45,411 nucleotides of DNA from a virus (taxonomy: Duplodnaviria > Caudoviricetes), in the IMG/VR virus record IMGVR_UViG_3300033489_000017, positions 1 through 45,411 of that record. The stretch is one strand, 5' to 3'. The position numbers and the translations under genes were made by a program. Position 1 is the stretch's first letter; each line of letters starts with the position of its first letter. Below, one piece after another: positions 25,741 through 35,412 of the stretch. The notes below the pieces were generated by a model. That model was not told the DNA's origin, searched no databases, and saw nothing but the letters and a program-made list of their open reading frames with translations.

Positions 25741-27740
25741 TGGCATCAGGAACGCAGGTCGCGTCTCTCTACGGACTGGTTGACGTAGAGGACAAGGCGA
25801 CAACGAAGCTCAAGGGCATCGGCGGCGCGCTCGGCGGGCTGGCCGGTCAGTTCGCTGCGTTTGGCGTGGCCGGGTTCCTGGCTGGCGCGATCAAAGAAGC
25901 TGGCGAAGCGCAGTTGTCAATTGCGCAACTTGATGCTGTGTTGAAATCGACGGCGGGCGTAGCGGGCGTAACCCGCGAGGAAGCGCTGAAACTCGCCAGC
26001 GCGCTACAGAAAACCACGCGGTTCAGCGATGAGACCGTACTATCCGCCGAGAATATGCTGCTGACGTTCACAAACATCGGCAAGGATATATTCCCCGGTG
26101 CAACCGAGGCCGTGCTTGACATGGCGACGGCGCTGGGCACGGACGCCAAAAGCGCCGCGCTGGTGCTCGGCAAAGCGTTAAACGACCCGATTATGGGCGT
26201 TACTTCTTTGCGCCGCTATGGCGTGCAATTGAACAATACTCAAGAGCGCCTGATCCGTAATTTCATGCGCACCGGGAATACTGCGAAAGCGATGGGCATC
26301 ATCGTAGCCGAAGTAGCGCGCGAATTTGGCGGTAGCGCCGTCGCAGCGGGCGATACTTTTGCCGGGGCGCTGGACAAGCTGAAGAACGCTTTCAGCGACG
26401 TGATGGAAGGCATCGGCAACGCGCTTATTCCGACGCTGCAATCGCTGGCGGGTTTCCTCACCGGACTGGTCAACTCTATCGGCACGGTTGACCCGGCGCT
26501 CGTGCAACTGGCGGCGCTGTTTACGGGCGTCATGCTTGCCGCCGGGCCACTCGGCGCGATTATCGGCGCTATCCTGTCGCCGCTCGGTGCCATTGCGGCA
26601 GTAGTCGGCGGGGTAGCAACGGTCTGGAATAAGGACTGGCTCGGCATTCGGACATCCGTGACCGACGCGTGGGACACTTATATCCGTCCGGCGCTGGCAG
26701 AACTTGAAGCGGCGGTTCAGCACTTTCTATCTATTTTGTCGCCGCAGGTGCCCGATTTGGGTAAGTTGTTAGCTGACGCGATCACTGGCGCAAAGGCCAA
26801 TCTACCCGAAATACGTTTGGATATGATTGGGAAAATAAAGGCGCCGGAATTGACCGGCGACGATCTGACGAATATGGGCAACGCCATGCGGCGCCAAATA
26901 CAACCGACCGTGGATGCTGCCGCTGCGCCGTTCGGAGACCGGCTTGCAGACGCGATTACACTTGCCGGGCCGGAAATAAACAAGGCGTTGGGCGACGTAA
27001 TCGCAGCTACCGGCCCGTTTATCACGGCGGCGTTCGGAAAGCTTGATTTGTCCGGCGCTGGCGCGGTGCTATCGGATAAGTTACGAGAGGCGCTGAAGGG
27101 CATTGTGGGCGGGCCGAAGTGGTTCCAGGACTTGATTCTCGGCCCTGACCCGAAGGTTACGGAAACCGCAGTTGGTGACAGCATGAACGGAATACGGGAT
27201 GCCATCAAAAATCCGATGGACGATGTCACCAAAACCATCAATGACCTGGGCACCAGTATCGCCAATGTCGGCCCGAATTCTACCAAATCGTTTAATGTCC
27301 TGCTCGAAAATTCCGTTAAAGGGTCGCCGGTTATCGCTAAGGGTATCAACCCGATGGTTTTGCTGTTCGGCGAACTGTACCGCACGCTGCTCGGCATTCC
27401 CGGCGCCGCCGATGCTGCGTTCGATGCGTTGGGTGGTGGTGGCGGCGGTGGTGGTGGTGGTGGTGGTGGTGGTGCTGGCGCGCGGCAAGGCGGCGGCACG
27501 GTGACGAAGGGCAAAAAATACAAGGTCGGCGAAGGCGGTTGGGAATGGTTTATTCCCGGCGCCAACGGCATGATTTTACCGCATGGCTCTACAGAGGCGT
27601 CGGGCGGCTCGGCGGTCGGCTCGATAACCTTGAATGCCTACGGCGTGAATGACCCGGTACGACTGGTCGGCATGGTCGATGCCGAACTGCGGCGGCGCGG
27701 TATCGCGCCGATTGGCAGGCCGGGCGGAGCGACGGCCTGA
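25740..27740 (+). CDS. Tape measure protein (666 aa)
   Basis: Ala/Gly-rich helical; LGKALNDP..G...L.R.G, FGG.A, C-terminal RQGGG.V....Y.VGE.G.E.F.P. Confidence 0.92.
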   Translation: MASGTQVASLYGLVDVEDKATTKLKGIGGALGGLAGQFAAFGVAGFLAGAIKEAGEAQLSIAQLDAVLKSTAGVAGVTREEALKLASALQKTTRFSDETVLSAENMLLTFTNIGKDIFPGATEAVLDMATALGTDAKSAALVLGKALNDPIMGVTSLRRYGVQLNNTQERLIRNFMRTGNTAKAMGIIVAEVAREFGGSAVAAGDTFAGALDKLKNAFSDVMEGIGNALIPTLQSLAGFLTGLVNSIGTVDPALVQLAALFTGVMLAAGPLGAIIGAILSPLGAIAAVVGGVATVWNKDWLGIRTSVTDAWDTYIRPALAELEAAVQHFLSILSPQVPDLGKLLADAITGAKANLPEIRLDMIGKIKAPELTGDDLTNMGNAMRRQIQPTVDAAAAPFGDRLADAITLAGPEINKALGDVIAATGPFITAAFGKLDLSGAGAVLSDKLREALKGIVGGPKWFQDLILGPDPKVTETAVGDSMNGIRDAIKNPMDDVTKTINDLGTSIANVGPNSTKSFNVLLENSVKGSPVIAKGINPMVLLFGELYRTLLGIPGAADAAFDALGGGGGGGGGGGGGGAGARQGGGTVTKGKKYKVGEGGWEWFIPGANGMILPHGSTEASGGSAVGSITLNAYGVNDPVRLVGMVDAELRRRGIAPIGRPGGATA

Positions 27741-30631
27741 TGTCAACCTACGAGGCCATGACTTTCACCGTCTACGTGGATTGGGATTACAGCGGCTCCG
27801 GCACACCCGACTTTACAACGGCGATTGACAACATCTCGTCTTACGTCAAGGACATCACAACTAACATCGGCGTGCAAGACCCGCTAGAGCACATGGCCTA
27901 CGTCGGCACATGTACGCTCCTGCTCAACAACACCTCGCAGCGCTTCTCACCGTTTTACGCCAACTCGCCATTGTACGGCAAGCTAAAACCGGGCCGCCCG
28001 GTGCGCATCGATATCAGTGACGGCGTGACGACCTGGGTTCTGTTCCGAGGCAAGACGGTTAGCCTATCTGTGCAAGCTGGCGCTCTTGGCCCGCGCGAAG
28101 CGTCGCTCGAATGCCAGGACGCTCTAGGCCATATGCAGAACGAGTACATCAACCTGCAAACGCTGACGAATATTCGTTCTGATACGCTCATACGGCACGT
28201 CATCAACGCGGCGCTCAAGGCCGCCGTAGCGACGGCGACAGTCACACTCGACGCCGTGCCAAATGCCAATGATACATTGGTTCTGGGAGATGGCACGAGC
28301 ACCTATACGGCCAAATGGGTAGCCGCCCCGGCAGCGGCGAACGACGTTGACATTGGAGCGGACATCTACGAGTGCGGTGACAACCTGAGCCAGTGGATAA
28401 ACAAGGGCACTGGCGAGGGCACGGCCTACTATAGCAGCACGTTGCCACGTTTTGTGACCAGCGTCGCCACGCTCGGCACGGCGAACGCGGCGAGCAATTA
28501 TGATAGCGACGTTGCGCTAGAAGCGGCGGCAATGACGGGTGAAGTCATCACGACTTCGACAGCGACGACGATTTCACCTACGATTGGCGACGTGGCGGGT
28601 ACAGAATATAGCTCCGCCGAAACCTTTCTGACAACGGAAGCAGGCAAGCTGTCCACCATTGGGTTATACATTGATAGCAAAGTCGGCTCGCCGTCGCCAT
28701 TGACTATCGAACTGAGGAAAACTAATGCAACCGGGGCGCTTGTCTATACTTCAACCTGGACGCCCACGATAACTGTTGCGGCTTGGTATTATCATACGCT
28801 GGCCGTGCCCATTTATTTAGAAGACGCCACGACCTATTTTGTCAGTTTTGCCGCGTGGTCAAGTCCTAATAATGCCTATTGGTTGTCAAAGGCTGCCAAT
28901 GCCAGCGTCTATGCCGATGGCGACGCCTACGTGAGCACGGACGGCGGAGCTTATGTCCTTTGGGACCCGGTGGGCGAGATGGACGTTAAGATCACGACCA
29001 CCGCCATCACCGAGAAAGACAAGCTCGCGCAAGGGTTCCAGGTACCCATTGCGCAATCCATCAGCACACTACAACTTGATCTGTGCAAATTTGGTTTGCC
29101 CACAGGGACAGATACGCTCCGCGTTGAAACGGATAGCGGCGGCGACGCATCTGGCTCGCTCGTTTCGCCCGACTCCACGACCACGCTTGCGGAAAGCTCG
29201 CTCACGACTACCTACGGCTTGACGACGTTCACATTCGCCAACGCTTTCGGGCTGGCGCAGGACACGCAATACCATCTTGTGCTTTCAACGAGCCGGGCAG
29301 CCAGTGCTACTGAATTTGTACTATGGGCCGCCGACGCCAGCGCACCCGGTTACACGGGCGGTTCGGCCAAGTATTGGGATGGCGCGGCCTGGCAAGCCTT
29401 AAACATGGATTTTATCTTCAGCATCGGCGGCGCGGTGCTGACGCTGTCCGCCACGCTGCGAGGCACGGTCGGTAACGCCTACACGCTGGCGAGCACGGGC
29501 GCGTGGGCGACGCTATCCGGCGCGAATTTCGCCGGGGGAACCGACCTGCCCAGTGACCTCGCGCCGTCGCTGGCAACGGGCAAGGATACGTTCCCCTACG
29601 CTTGCGACACGTGGCGCGACATCGACGCCATGTCCGCCCTGCGGGAAATAGTCGAAAGCGAACACGGTTCGTATTTCTGGATAAGTCGCTCCGGCACGAT
29701 TACGTTCAAAAACCGGTTGTACTGGTTTGAGCAGGCCAATGCAACCATTGACTACACCATGAATGGTCAGTTTAACGAGATGGTGTCCGCCGATACCGCC
29801 GATGAACTGTACAACCGCGTCGAAGTGACCTATACCCCGGCGGGCGTGCTGGCGACGGGCGTAGTCGCCGCGAGCAAGGGTAATGAGATTGTGCCTGGCA
29901 TGAGCGGGCTAACCGAGCGCTGGAACCTGACTCAACCGCTGCGAGACCAGGCGCAGTCGAAGGTCGTCAAGCTGCCTGCCACCGACCCGACTACCGGGCA
30001 AGCCATGGGCATTTACAGCATCGTTACGCCGCTGGTTGCCACGACGGATTGGGAGTGTGACGACGGGGCTGAAGTCAGCTATACCGGCAGTGCGCTCGTA
30101 AAACTGTGCGTGGCAATGGTCGGCAACGGCGTCGAGGTATCCATTACCAATTCGTGCACCGGTCCGCTGCGCTTCACCAAATTGCAAGTACGCGGCGTGG
30201 GCCTGACGCGCTACCAGTCGAATTTGGGATTAGCCGAGGACGCCACGTCACAGGACGCCTACGGGCGCAAACTGTTGTCGCTGACCCTGCCCATTGCGAC
30301 CACCGTGACGGATTGGGGCCAAACGCTGGCAACCTGGCTGCTCAGTCGTTACAAAGACCCGGCCTACCGCCTGAACAGCATTACCTTCATGAATCAGAAC
30401 TTGCTCAATTCGGCGCATCTCATGGCAATAGAAATCGGGGATACGCTGTCTATCACGGACAGTCATACCGGGCTGTCGGCGGCCAAGTACATGATTACCG
30501 GGCTGGCCTATTCCGGGTTGGGGCCGGGGCGCACCGGCTCGATTACCTTCTATCTGCACGACCTGGGTTCGGACACGTACGCGGTATGGGATACGGCGAA
30601 ATGGGACGGCACGGCGAAATGGAGTCTGTAA
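27740..30631 (+). CDS. Tail tip/hub protein with inserted beta-sandwich domains
   Basis: V.VDWD, GTC.L.LNN...RFSP....SP.YG.LKPGRPVRI N-terminus; N.V.V, D.TSQ.AYG and EIGD.L.I C-terminus. Confidence 0.8.
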   Translation: MSTYEAMTFTVYVDWDYSGSGTPDFTTAIDNISSYVKDITTNIGVQDPLEHMAYVGTCTLLLNNTSQRFSPFYANSPLYGKLKPGRPVRIDISDGVTTWVLFRGKTVSLSVQAGALGPREASLECQDALGHMQNEYINLQTLTNIRSDTLIRHVINAALKAAVATATVTLDAVPNANDTLVLGDGTSTYTAKWVAAPAAANDVDIGADIYECGDNLSQWINKGTGEGTAYYSSTLPRFVTSVATLGTANAASNYDSDVALEAAAMTGEVITTSTATTISPTIGDVAGTEYSSAETFLTTEAGKLSTIGLYIDSKVGSPSPLTIELRKTNATGALVYTSTWTPTITVAAWYYHTLAVPIYLEDATTYFVSFAAWSSPNNAYWLSKAANASVYADGDAYVSTDGGAYVLWDPVGEMDVKITTTAITEKDKLAQGFQVPIAQSISTLQLDLCKFGLPTGTDTLRVETDSGGDASGSLVSPDSTTTLAESSLTTTYGLTTFTFANAFGLAQDTQYHLVLSTSRAASATEFVLWAADASAPGYTGGSAKYWDGAAWQALNMDFIFSIGGAVLTLSATLRGTVGNAYTLASTGAWATLSGANFAGGTDLPSDLAPSLATGKDTFPYACDTWRDIDAMSALREIVESEHGSYFWISRSGTITFKNRLYWFEQANATIDYTMNGQFNEMVSADTADELYNRVEVTYTPAGVLATGVVAASKGNEIVPGMSGLTERWNLTQPLRDQAQSKVVKLPATDPTTGQAMGIYSIVTPLVATTDWECDDGAEVSYTGSALVKLCVAMVGNGVEVSITNSCTGPLRFTKLQVRGVGLTRYQSNLGLAEDATSQDAYGRKLLSLTLPIATTVTDWGQTLATWLLSRYKDPAYRLNSITFMNQNLLNSAHLMAIEIGDTLSITDSHTGLSAAKYMITGLAYSGLGPGRTGSITFYLHDLGSDTYAVWDTAKWDGTAKWSL

Positions 30632-30632
30632 A

Positions 30633-31130
30633 TTGCCAACAGCTATACCAACAGTAAATGCGGGTGAAACAATCGAATCGGTGGCCTGGGGAAACGTCAT
30701 TAAGGCATTCATCGATTATTTGCATACCGGGCGCACGGTCGCGTCGAGCACCTATGTCGGCTCGGCAAACCTGACGACAACGCTGGCGACCTGGGCTGAT
30801 GCGGACGCGACAAACCTGATCGTCACGCTCACACCCACGAGCACGCGCGTGCGGGTGACGTTCATCTTTAACGCGACGGCGGCGGGCGGTTACGCCGAAT
30901 TCGACATTTATAGCGTGGGCCTGACGGCCCGTTTCGGCGATGCCACACACGGTATCACGTCGTGTATCCAGAATGCACAGTCGCAAATCAAAGTGGAGGC
31001 GCTGTTTACGGGCTTGACAGCGAACGTCGCTCAGTCGTTTAAGCTGCAATATCGGTCTGTCACGGCAGGGCAGACTTCGACGATTTATAACAATGCCTAT
31101 CCGGTGACGATGATTGCCGAGGAATGTTGA
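30633..31130 (+). CDS. Minor tail protein
   Basis: P.V.AGE.I.S..W N-terminal anchor plus beta-rich domain (FKLQYR); follows hub. Confidence 0.65.
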   Translation: MPTAIPTVNAGETIESVAWGNVIKAFIDYLHTGRTVASSTYVGSANLTTTLATWADADATNLIVTLTPTSTRVRVTFIFNATAAGGYAEFDIYSVGLTARFGDATHGITSCIQNAQSQIKVEALFTGLTANVAQSFKLQYRSVTAGQTSTIYNNAYPVTMIAEEC

Positions 31131-31132
31131 TG

Positions 31133-31642
31133 TTAGTCGTGGATTACCGTGTACTCGAAACCGTAGCGCGCTGCCAGGTTGCTCCAGGCGGTAGCCAGAT
31201 AATCGCAGCCGCTTTGCCGTTGCCGCCGTTCTTCAGCCTCGATTTCACCATCTGGCATCTTCCAAATGTTGGCAACGCGGCGCAGGATAGAGACGGTCAC
31301 GACGCCATTCCGATATGCCACGACGCGAAACTCCTGGAGATAGGCGCTCGCTGCAAATATAAGATCGCCAGGGCTAAACGTCCAGCAGCCGGGTTCAGGA
31401 TGGTTGTGAGTTACTGTACCGCTCCCGACGACCGTGATCATGATTTCATCAGGTATGATTACGCGGTCCGAAAATGGCCCGCACGCACTGTAAATCAACT
31501 GCCCGGTTCCATCCCACGCCGCGCCGCATTCGACCGGGCTATCGACGATCAGGCGCTCAATCGGCAGAATGCCGTCGGCAGCGCGCCCCGGGGCGACTTG
31601 CGAACATATGGTCAGGATGAGGATAAGCGTCAGGCGTTTCAT
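31133..31642 (-). CDS. Secreted JAB/MPN-like metallo-hydrolase domain protein (moron)
   Basis: Signal-peptide-like MKRLTLILILTIC; E...THNHP......FSPGD motif; GAGGT RBS; opposite strand to neighbours. Confidence 0.7.
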   Translation of the reverse strand: MKRLTLILILTICSQVAPGRAADGILPIERLIVDSPVECGAAWDGTGQLIYSACGPFSDRVIIPDEIMITVVGSGTVTHNHPEPGCWTFSPGDLIFAASAYLQEFRVVAYRNGVVTVSILRRVANIWKMPDGEIEAEERRQRQSGCDYLATAWSNLAARYGFEYTVIHD

Positions 31643-31712
31643 AGTCGTACCTCACCTTTTATTGTACGCCTAAACCGCATGGATCAACTCTCACTTTTTA
31701 GGGGGCTACCGA

Positions 31713-32093
31713 ATGCGTAGATACCGTCTCGGAATTTGGGTTACGTTGATATTCCTTGTCGCCGGGTTTGGACTCGCTGGCTGGCGAGAGCTTCATCCCG
31801 CTGCCACACCCGCCGCTACGCTTGCGTCCACGGCGCAAGCCGAACCGCTGAGTAGCCCGACACAGCAGCACGCCACGCCGCGCCCGGTGGTGGTCACGGC
31901 GATACATACTGCCGAGCCGTCGCATAAGGCAGAAGTCATCCCCGATGGGTTGAACGTGCGTAATGCGCCCGGTGGGGCGATTGTCGGTTCGCTAAAACAA
32001 GGCGCGACCGTTACCGTCCTAACTGTGCAGGGCGAATGGGCGAAGATCGGCGAAGGGCGGTACGTCGCGGCGCGGTATCTGCGCGCGAAATGA
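31713..32093 (+). CDS. Membrane-anchored SH3 domain protein
   Basis: N-terminal TM, Pro/Thr/Ala linker, LNVR.APGG.IVG.L..G..V.V....GEW.KI...YV...YL. Confidence 0.85.
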   Translation: MRRYRLGIWVTLIFLVAGFGLAGWRELHPAATPAATLASTAQAEPLSSPTQQHATPRPVVVTAIHTAEPSHKAEVIPDGLNVRNAPGGAIVGSLKQGATVTVLTVQGEWAKIGEGRYVAARYLRAK

Positions 32094-32207
32094 GCGTCGA
32101 AAGCGAAGCGCTGCGTATCGCCGCGTTGCCGCTGTTGGAGCGCCAGAACACGATCCGCGACTTGTTGAAATCTGTTGAGTCTGCCAACCTGGGCTATGGA
32201 GGATCAA

Positions 32208-32555
32208 ATGAAAGTACTTCAATCGTTTATCGCTCAACTGCAAGCATTCTGGGCAAAGTTCAGTCATTGGGCCGTTGTCGAGCCAGTCCTGGAATTACTC
32301 AGTTTGCAACGTGTGCTCGTGCTGATTGTCGGCGCGGTCGCGTTTTATCTCGTGCCCACCATCCCGAACATTACAGCCGAGTGGCAGGACAAGCTCAGCC
32401 AGTTTGTATTTTATGGCGCTCTTGGCTTATTCGGCGGTATCCAGGTCGATCAGTGGATCGACACGCGCAACAGCCTACCGAAATCGTTGGAAGCGATCAA
32501 GAATGAACTTCTGGCGATTATCTTTAAGAAGGCGACCGGCGGCGAGGTTGGGTGA
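32208..32555 (+). CDS. Putative holin
   Basis: GGAGG RBS, two TM segments, directly upstream of endolysin. Confidence 0.65.
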   Translation: MKVLQSFIAQLQAFWAKFSHWAVVEPVLELLSLQRVLVLIVGAVAFYLVPTIPNITAEWQDKLSQFVFYGALGLFGGIQVDQWIDTRNSLPKSLEAIKNELLAIIFKKATGGEVG

Positions 32556-33367
32556 AAGCTCTCGCGTTCCGCCGTCCGATTGCCGATAGCCGGGCGTACA
32601 TCTCAAACCCTTTTGGAAACTACTACGATCTTGGCTATCACACCGGGATCGACGTACTGTTCCAGGAGGGGAGTATCGCCCACTGCCCGGTTGTCGCCGT
32701 CGCCTGGGGAACGGTGACGTTTGCGCAACGGGTCATGCTCCCCGGCTTTTCGGTCTGGGGAAACCTGATCGTGATCCGGCACGACCTGCCCGACGGCAGT
32801 GTGGTGTACAGCCGTTCGGCGCACGTGGAAAACATGCAGGTGGAGCGCGGTGCGATTGTCTACCCCGGTATGCGCATCGGCGACGTGGGTAACGCATTCG
32901 GCGTCTACCCATATCATCTGCACTTCGATCTGTCGCCGACGGACGTGCTGGCGGCCACGCCCTGGGATTGGCCGCGTGACGACAACGCCCGTTTGCACAG
33001 GGACTACGTTGATCCGGTTTCATTTTTCAGGAGTCATGGGATGGCAAGTGATCTGACTACGCTCAAGGCGGCCTATGACAATGTACAGGCGGCCATGACT
33101 GACCTCGATACTGTTATCGATGGCTTTGAGCCGCCGCCGGTCAACCCGCCGCCGCCGGTCGAAACGGTGACGATGTACTGCACGGCGACCGACGGGCTGA
33201 AAGTGCGCGCCGAACCGGTGACGGGCGTGCGCATCGGCGGCCTGGTCTACGGGCAATCTGCCCAGGTGGTGGACAGTGGAACGGCGGGCTGGCTGAAGAT
33301 ACCCGATTACCTGGGACAAGTCGGCTATGTCAGCGCCTCGTGGATGAGTGTTGACCGCCCTACGTAG
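32552..33367 (+). CDS. Endolysin: M23 peptidase plus SH3 domain
   Basis: HTGID, GN..VIRH, SAH, IG.VG, HLHF; C-terminal LKVR..P...W.KI....GYVS..W. Confidence 0.9.
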   Translation: MKALAFRRPIADSRAYISNPFGNYYDLGYHTGIDVLFQEGSIAHCPVVAVAWGTVTFAQRVMLPGFSVWGNLIVIRHDLPDGSVVYSRSAHVENMQVERGAIVYPGMRIGDVGNAFGVYPYHLHFDLSPTDVLAATPWDWPRDDNARLHRDYVDPVSFFRSHGMASDLTTLKAAYDNVQAAMTDLDTVIDGFEPPPVNPPPPVETVTMYCTATDGLKVRAEPVTGVRIGGLVYGQSAQVVDSGTAGWLKIPDYLGQVGYVSASWMSVDRPT

Positions 33368-34335
33368 CGCCAGCGGAGCTACTGCACTGGACATTCGGCA
33401 TTCACCGGCACGAGGGCATGAATGCCGAGGCTTACCAGTGTATGATCGGCCTCGCACAAGATGGACTCCTGGCTGGCGCGACGATCATCAACGATACGGG
33501 CCTGGCGAACCGCCTGGCTGAAATGGCTGTTCCATACGTCCTGTTCCGACAGGTCAACGGCGAAGGCGACGGCCACGCCGAACCTTTTGGCGACGACCGG
33601 GACGTACAGCGCGGGCGCGACGAATGGCGTAAGGCAATAAACCAGCAGACGCACAGCCAGTTACATCCCGACGTGATTATAACCCCCTGGGGACACTGCG
33701 AAAAGAACTTTCCCAACGACGGTTACTGGTATCTCGGTATCCAACAAGCGGCCTATGAGCAGCGCCGCCGCGTCGCCGTGTTTACCGATAGCGTTGGCAA
33801 TCCATACCCGACCTTCCGTGATGAGAATGGCATCACGCGCCCACAGCCGACATGGACACACCGCGTCAAGTCCGGGTGTATGAAATTTGGCAAAGAGATA
33901 GGCAACTTCTACGTCTATCACGGCTACGGAATAGTTCGGGACGGCAAGGGCACGAACGACCCCGGCTCGGCTATGTGGTTCGACGCTCGCGGCGACCTTA
34001 TTGCCTATGACGACAACGTATGGTCGTGGTATGGCGGGGCGCATTACGCCATCTACCGTGACCTGATACCGGAAGATTCTCGTATGCCGATCTTGCTCGG
34101 TGAGGTCGGTGCCAGCGCGTCGGACTTCGCAGGCATCGGCAGCGCGGAAGGTATTTGTAATGACATGCGCGGCTATTTGGAACGATTGAAAGCAGACCCC
34201 TGGGTCAAGTGTTGGATGTACTGGACATACGGGGGAGCGCCGCGCTTCGATTACTCGTGCATGGACTCGGCGGCTCCGCAGATTGCGGCGCTGGCACGCA
34301 GTTACGACCGCGCCGTGTGGGCCGCCGCCCGCTGA
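33355..34335 (+). CDS. Glycoside-hydrolase-like TIM-barrel domain (first ATG 33418; frame open from 33355)
   Basis: FGIH first strand upstream of the ATG, YHGYG, PILLGEVG nucleophile-like motif, YWT; lies in lysis module. Confidence 0.65.
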   Translation, partial: PPYVAPAELLHWTFGIHRHEGMNAEAYQCMIGLAQDGLLAGATIINDTGLANRLAEMAVPYVLFRQVNGEGDGHAEPFGDDRDVQRGRDEWRKAINQQTHSQLHPDVIITPWGHCEKNFPNDGYWYLGIQQAAYEQRRRVAVFTDSVGNPYPTFRDENGITRPQPTWTHRVKSGCMKFGKEIGNFYVYHGYGIVRDGKGTNDPGSAMWFDARGDLIAYDDNVWSWYGGAHYAIYRDLIPEDSRMPILLGEVGASASDFAGIGSAEGICNDMRGYLERLKADPWVKCWMYWTYGGAPRFDYSCMDSAAPQIAALARSYDRAVWAAAR

Positions 34336-34387
34336 CTACGGCTCCGCCCGCTCGCTCGACGGCTGGCTGGCGGCGCTGTGATGGCGG

Positions 34388-34663
34388 CTATTCCTTTTTG
34401 CTGCGGCGGTACAACTCTGCGTCGATGGCATCGAGGAAGATTTGCGTTACGTTGTCTTCACCAAACGTTGACTGTGGATTTACGGCGGCCTCAAATTCGA
34501 GGCGCTTTAAACCGAGTTCGCTCATTTGAAGTTTGGTTAGTCTAGCGCGGAATACGCCTAAATCTCTCAGCTCATCTAGCAATTCGCGCGCCGCTCGGTC
34601 GGCGGCCCAATCTACGGTGCCGCTATCTTGTTCTGACTGTTCAATGCCTATGTGTTTCGTCAT
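34388..34663 (-). CDS. Hypothetical protein
   Basis: Last gene of leftward operon; AAGGGG RBS. Confidence 0.6.
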   Translation of the reverse strand: MTKHIGIEQSEQDSGTVDWAADRAARELLDELRDLGVFRARLTKLQMSELGLKRLEFEAAVNPQSTFGEDNVTQIFLDAIDAELYRRSKKE

Positions 34664-35074
34664 TTAGTCCCCCTTCCTTTTCGCCACGATAATCGGCTGC
34701 CCCGGCGCAGCGGAGATGAGCGCGACGCCGGAATAATGTACGTCTCGTCCCATCCCGGCGTTCCGCCAATCATTGCCATCATTGATTACTATGTTGCCTT
34801 TTGAGATAGACTGGCGAGCGATACCAGGGATTTTGACTATCTCGCCTTTGAATATCTCGACTAAATAACGTTCTAATTCCTCATCGGTTTCGGGCAATTC
34901 AACCTGAGTCAGGTCAATACCCGCGCCGAATCGTTCGTGCAAGAAATCGAGGATGAAGAGCAGTGCATAGGCCGAATCGCCCGCCGATATAACGGCCCGG
35001 TTGGGTTCTTTGTTGAGATAAGCCCGCAACTTCTCACGAATCTCATTGATGTCATAGACTACATTATCGCTCAC
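34664..35074 (-). CDS. Hypothetical protein
   Basis: AAGGAGG RBS, GTG start. Confidence 0.65.
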   Translation of the reverse strand: MSDNVVYDINEIREKLRAYLNKEPNRAVISAGDSAYALLFILDFLHERFGAGIDLTQVELPETDEELERYLVEIFKGEIVKIPGIARQSISKGNIVINDGNDWRNAGMGRDVHYSGVALISAAPGQPIIVAKRKGD

Positions 35075-35091
35075 CGTTAGCCTCCTTAGTG

Positions 35092-35412
35092 CTACTCCGT
35101 ATCTCGTCGCCCTAATTCGTCGCTGATGACACCCATGAACTCGTAGATGATATTGGCTTCAAGTTCGGTAATGTCATCGCTGTCGTATATCTCGCGGAAT
35201 GTTACAAAGTCAAGCGCCAGTTCGATGCTATATCGAGGCTTACACTTCTCACGGTATTCGGCGAGCTTTTCAATCGGAAAATGAATATAACGCCGACGGA
35301 ACTCTTGTACGTATTCCAGATGTTTCGCACGAGTCTCGCGGCGTTTTACCTCAAACGGCCTCTGCTGTTCCATCATCTGCGCATTGATATATGCCTTGAG
35401 TTGATTATTCAT
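35092..35412 (-). CDS. Hypothetical protein
   Basis: AAGGAG RBS, ATGA overlap. Confidence 0.65.
   Translation of the reverse strand: MNNQLKAYINAQMMEQQRPFEVKRRETRAKHLEYVQEFRRRYIHFPIEKLAEYREKCKPRYSIELALDFVTFREIYDSDDITELEANIIYEFMGVISDELGRRDTE

Noticed and set aside
32090-32506. ORF starting at the ATGA overlap after the SH3 gene and overlapping the holin (spanin-like nesting)
   Set aside because: No TM or lipobox and it overlaps the holin out of frame for about 300 nt; a short real product cannot be excluded
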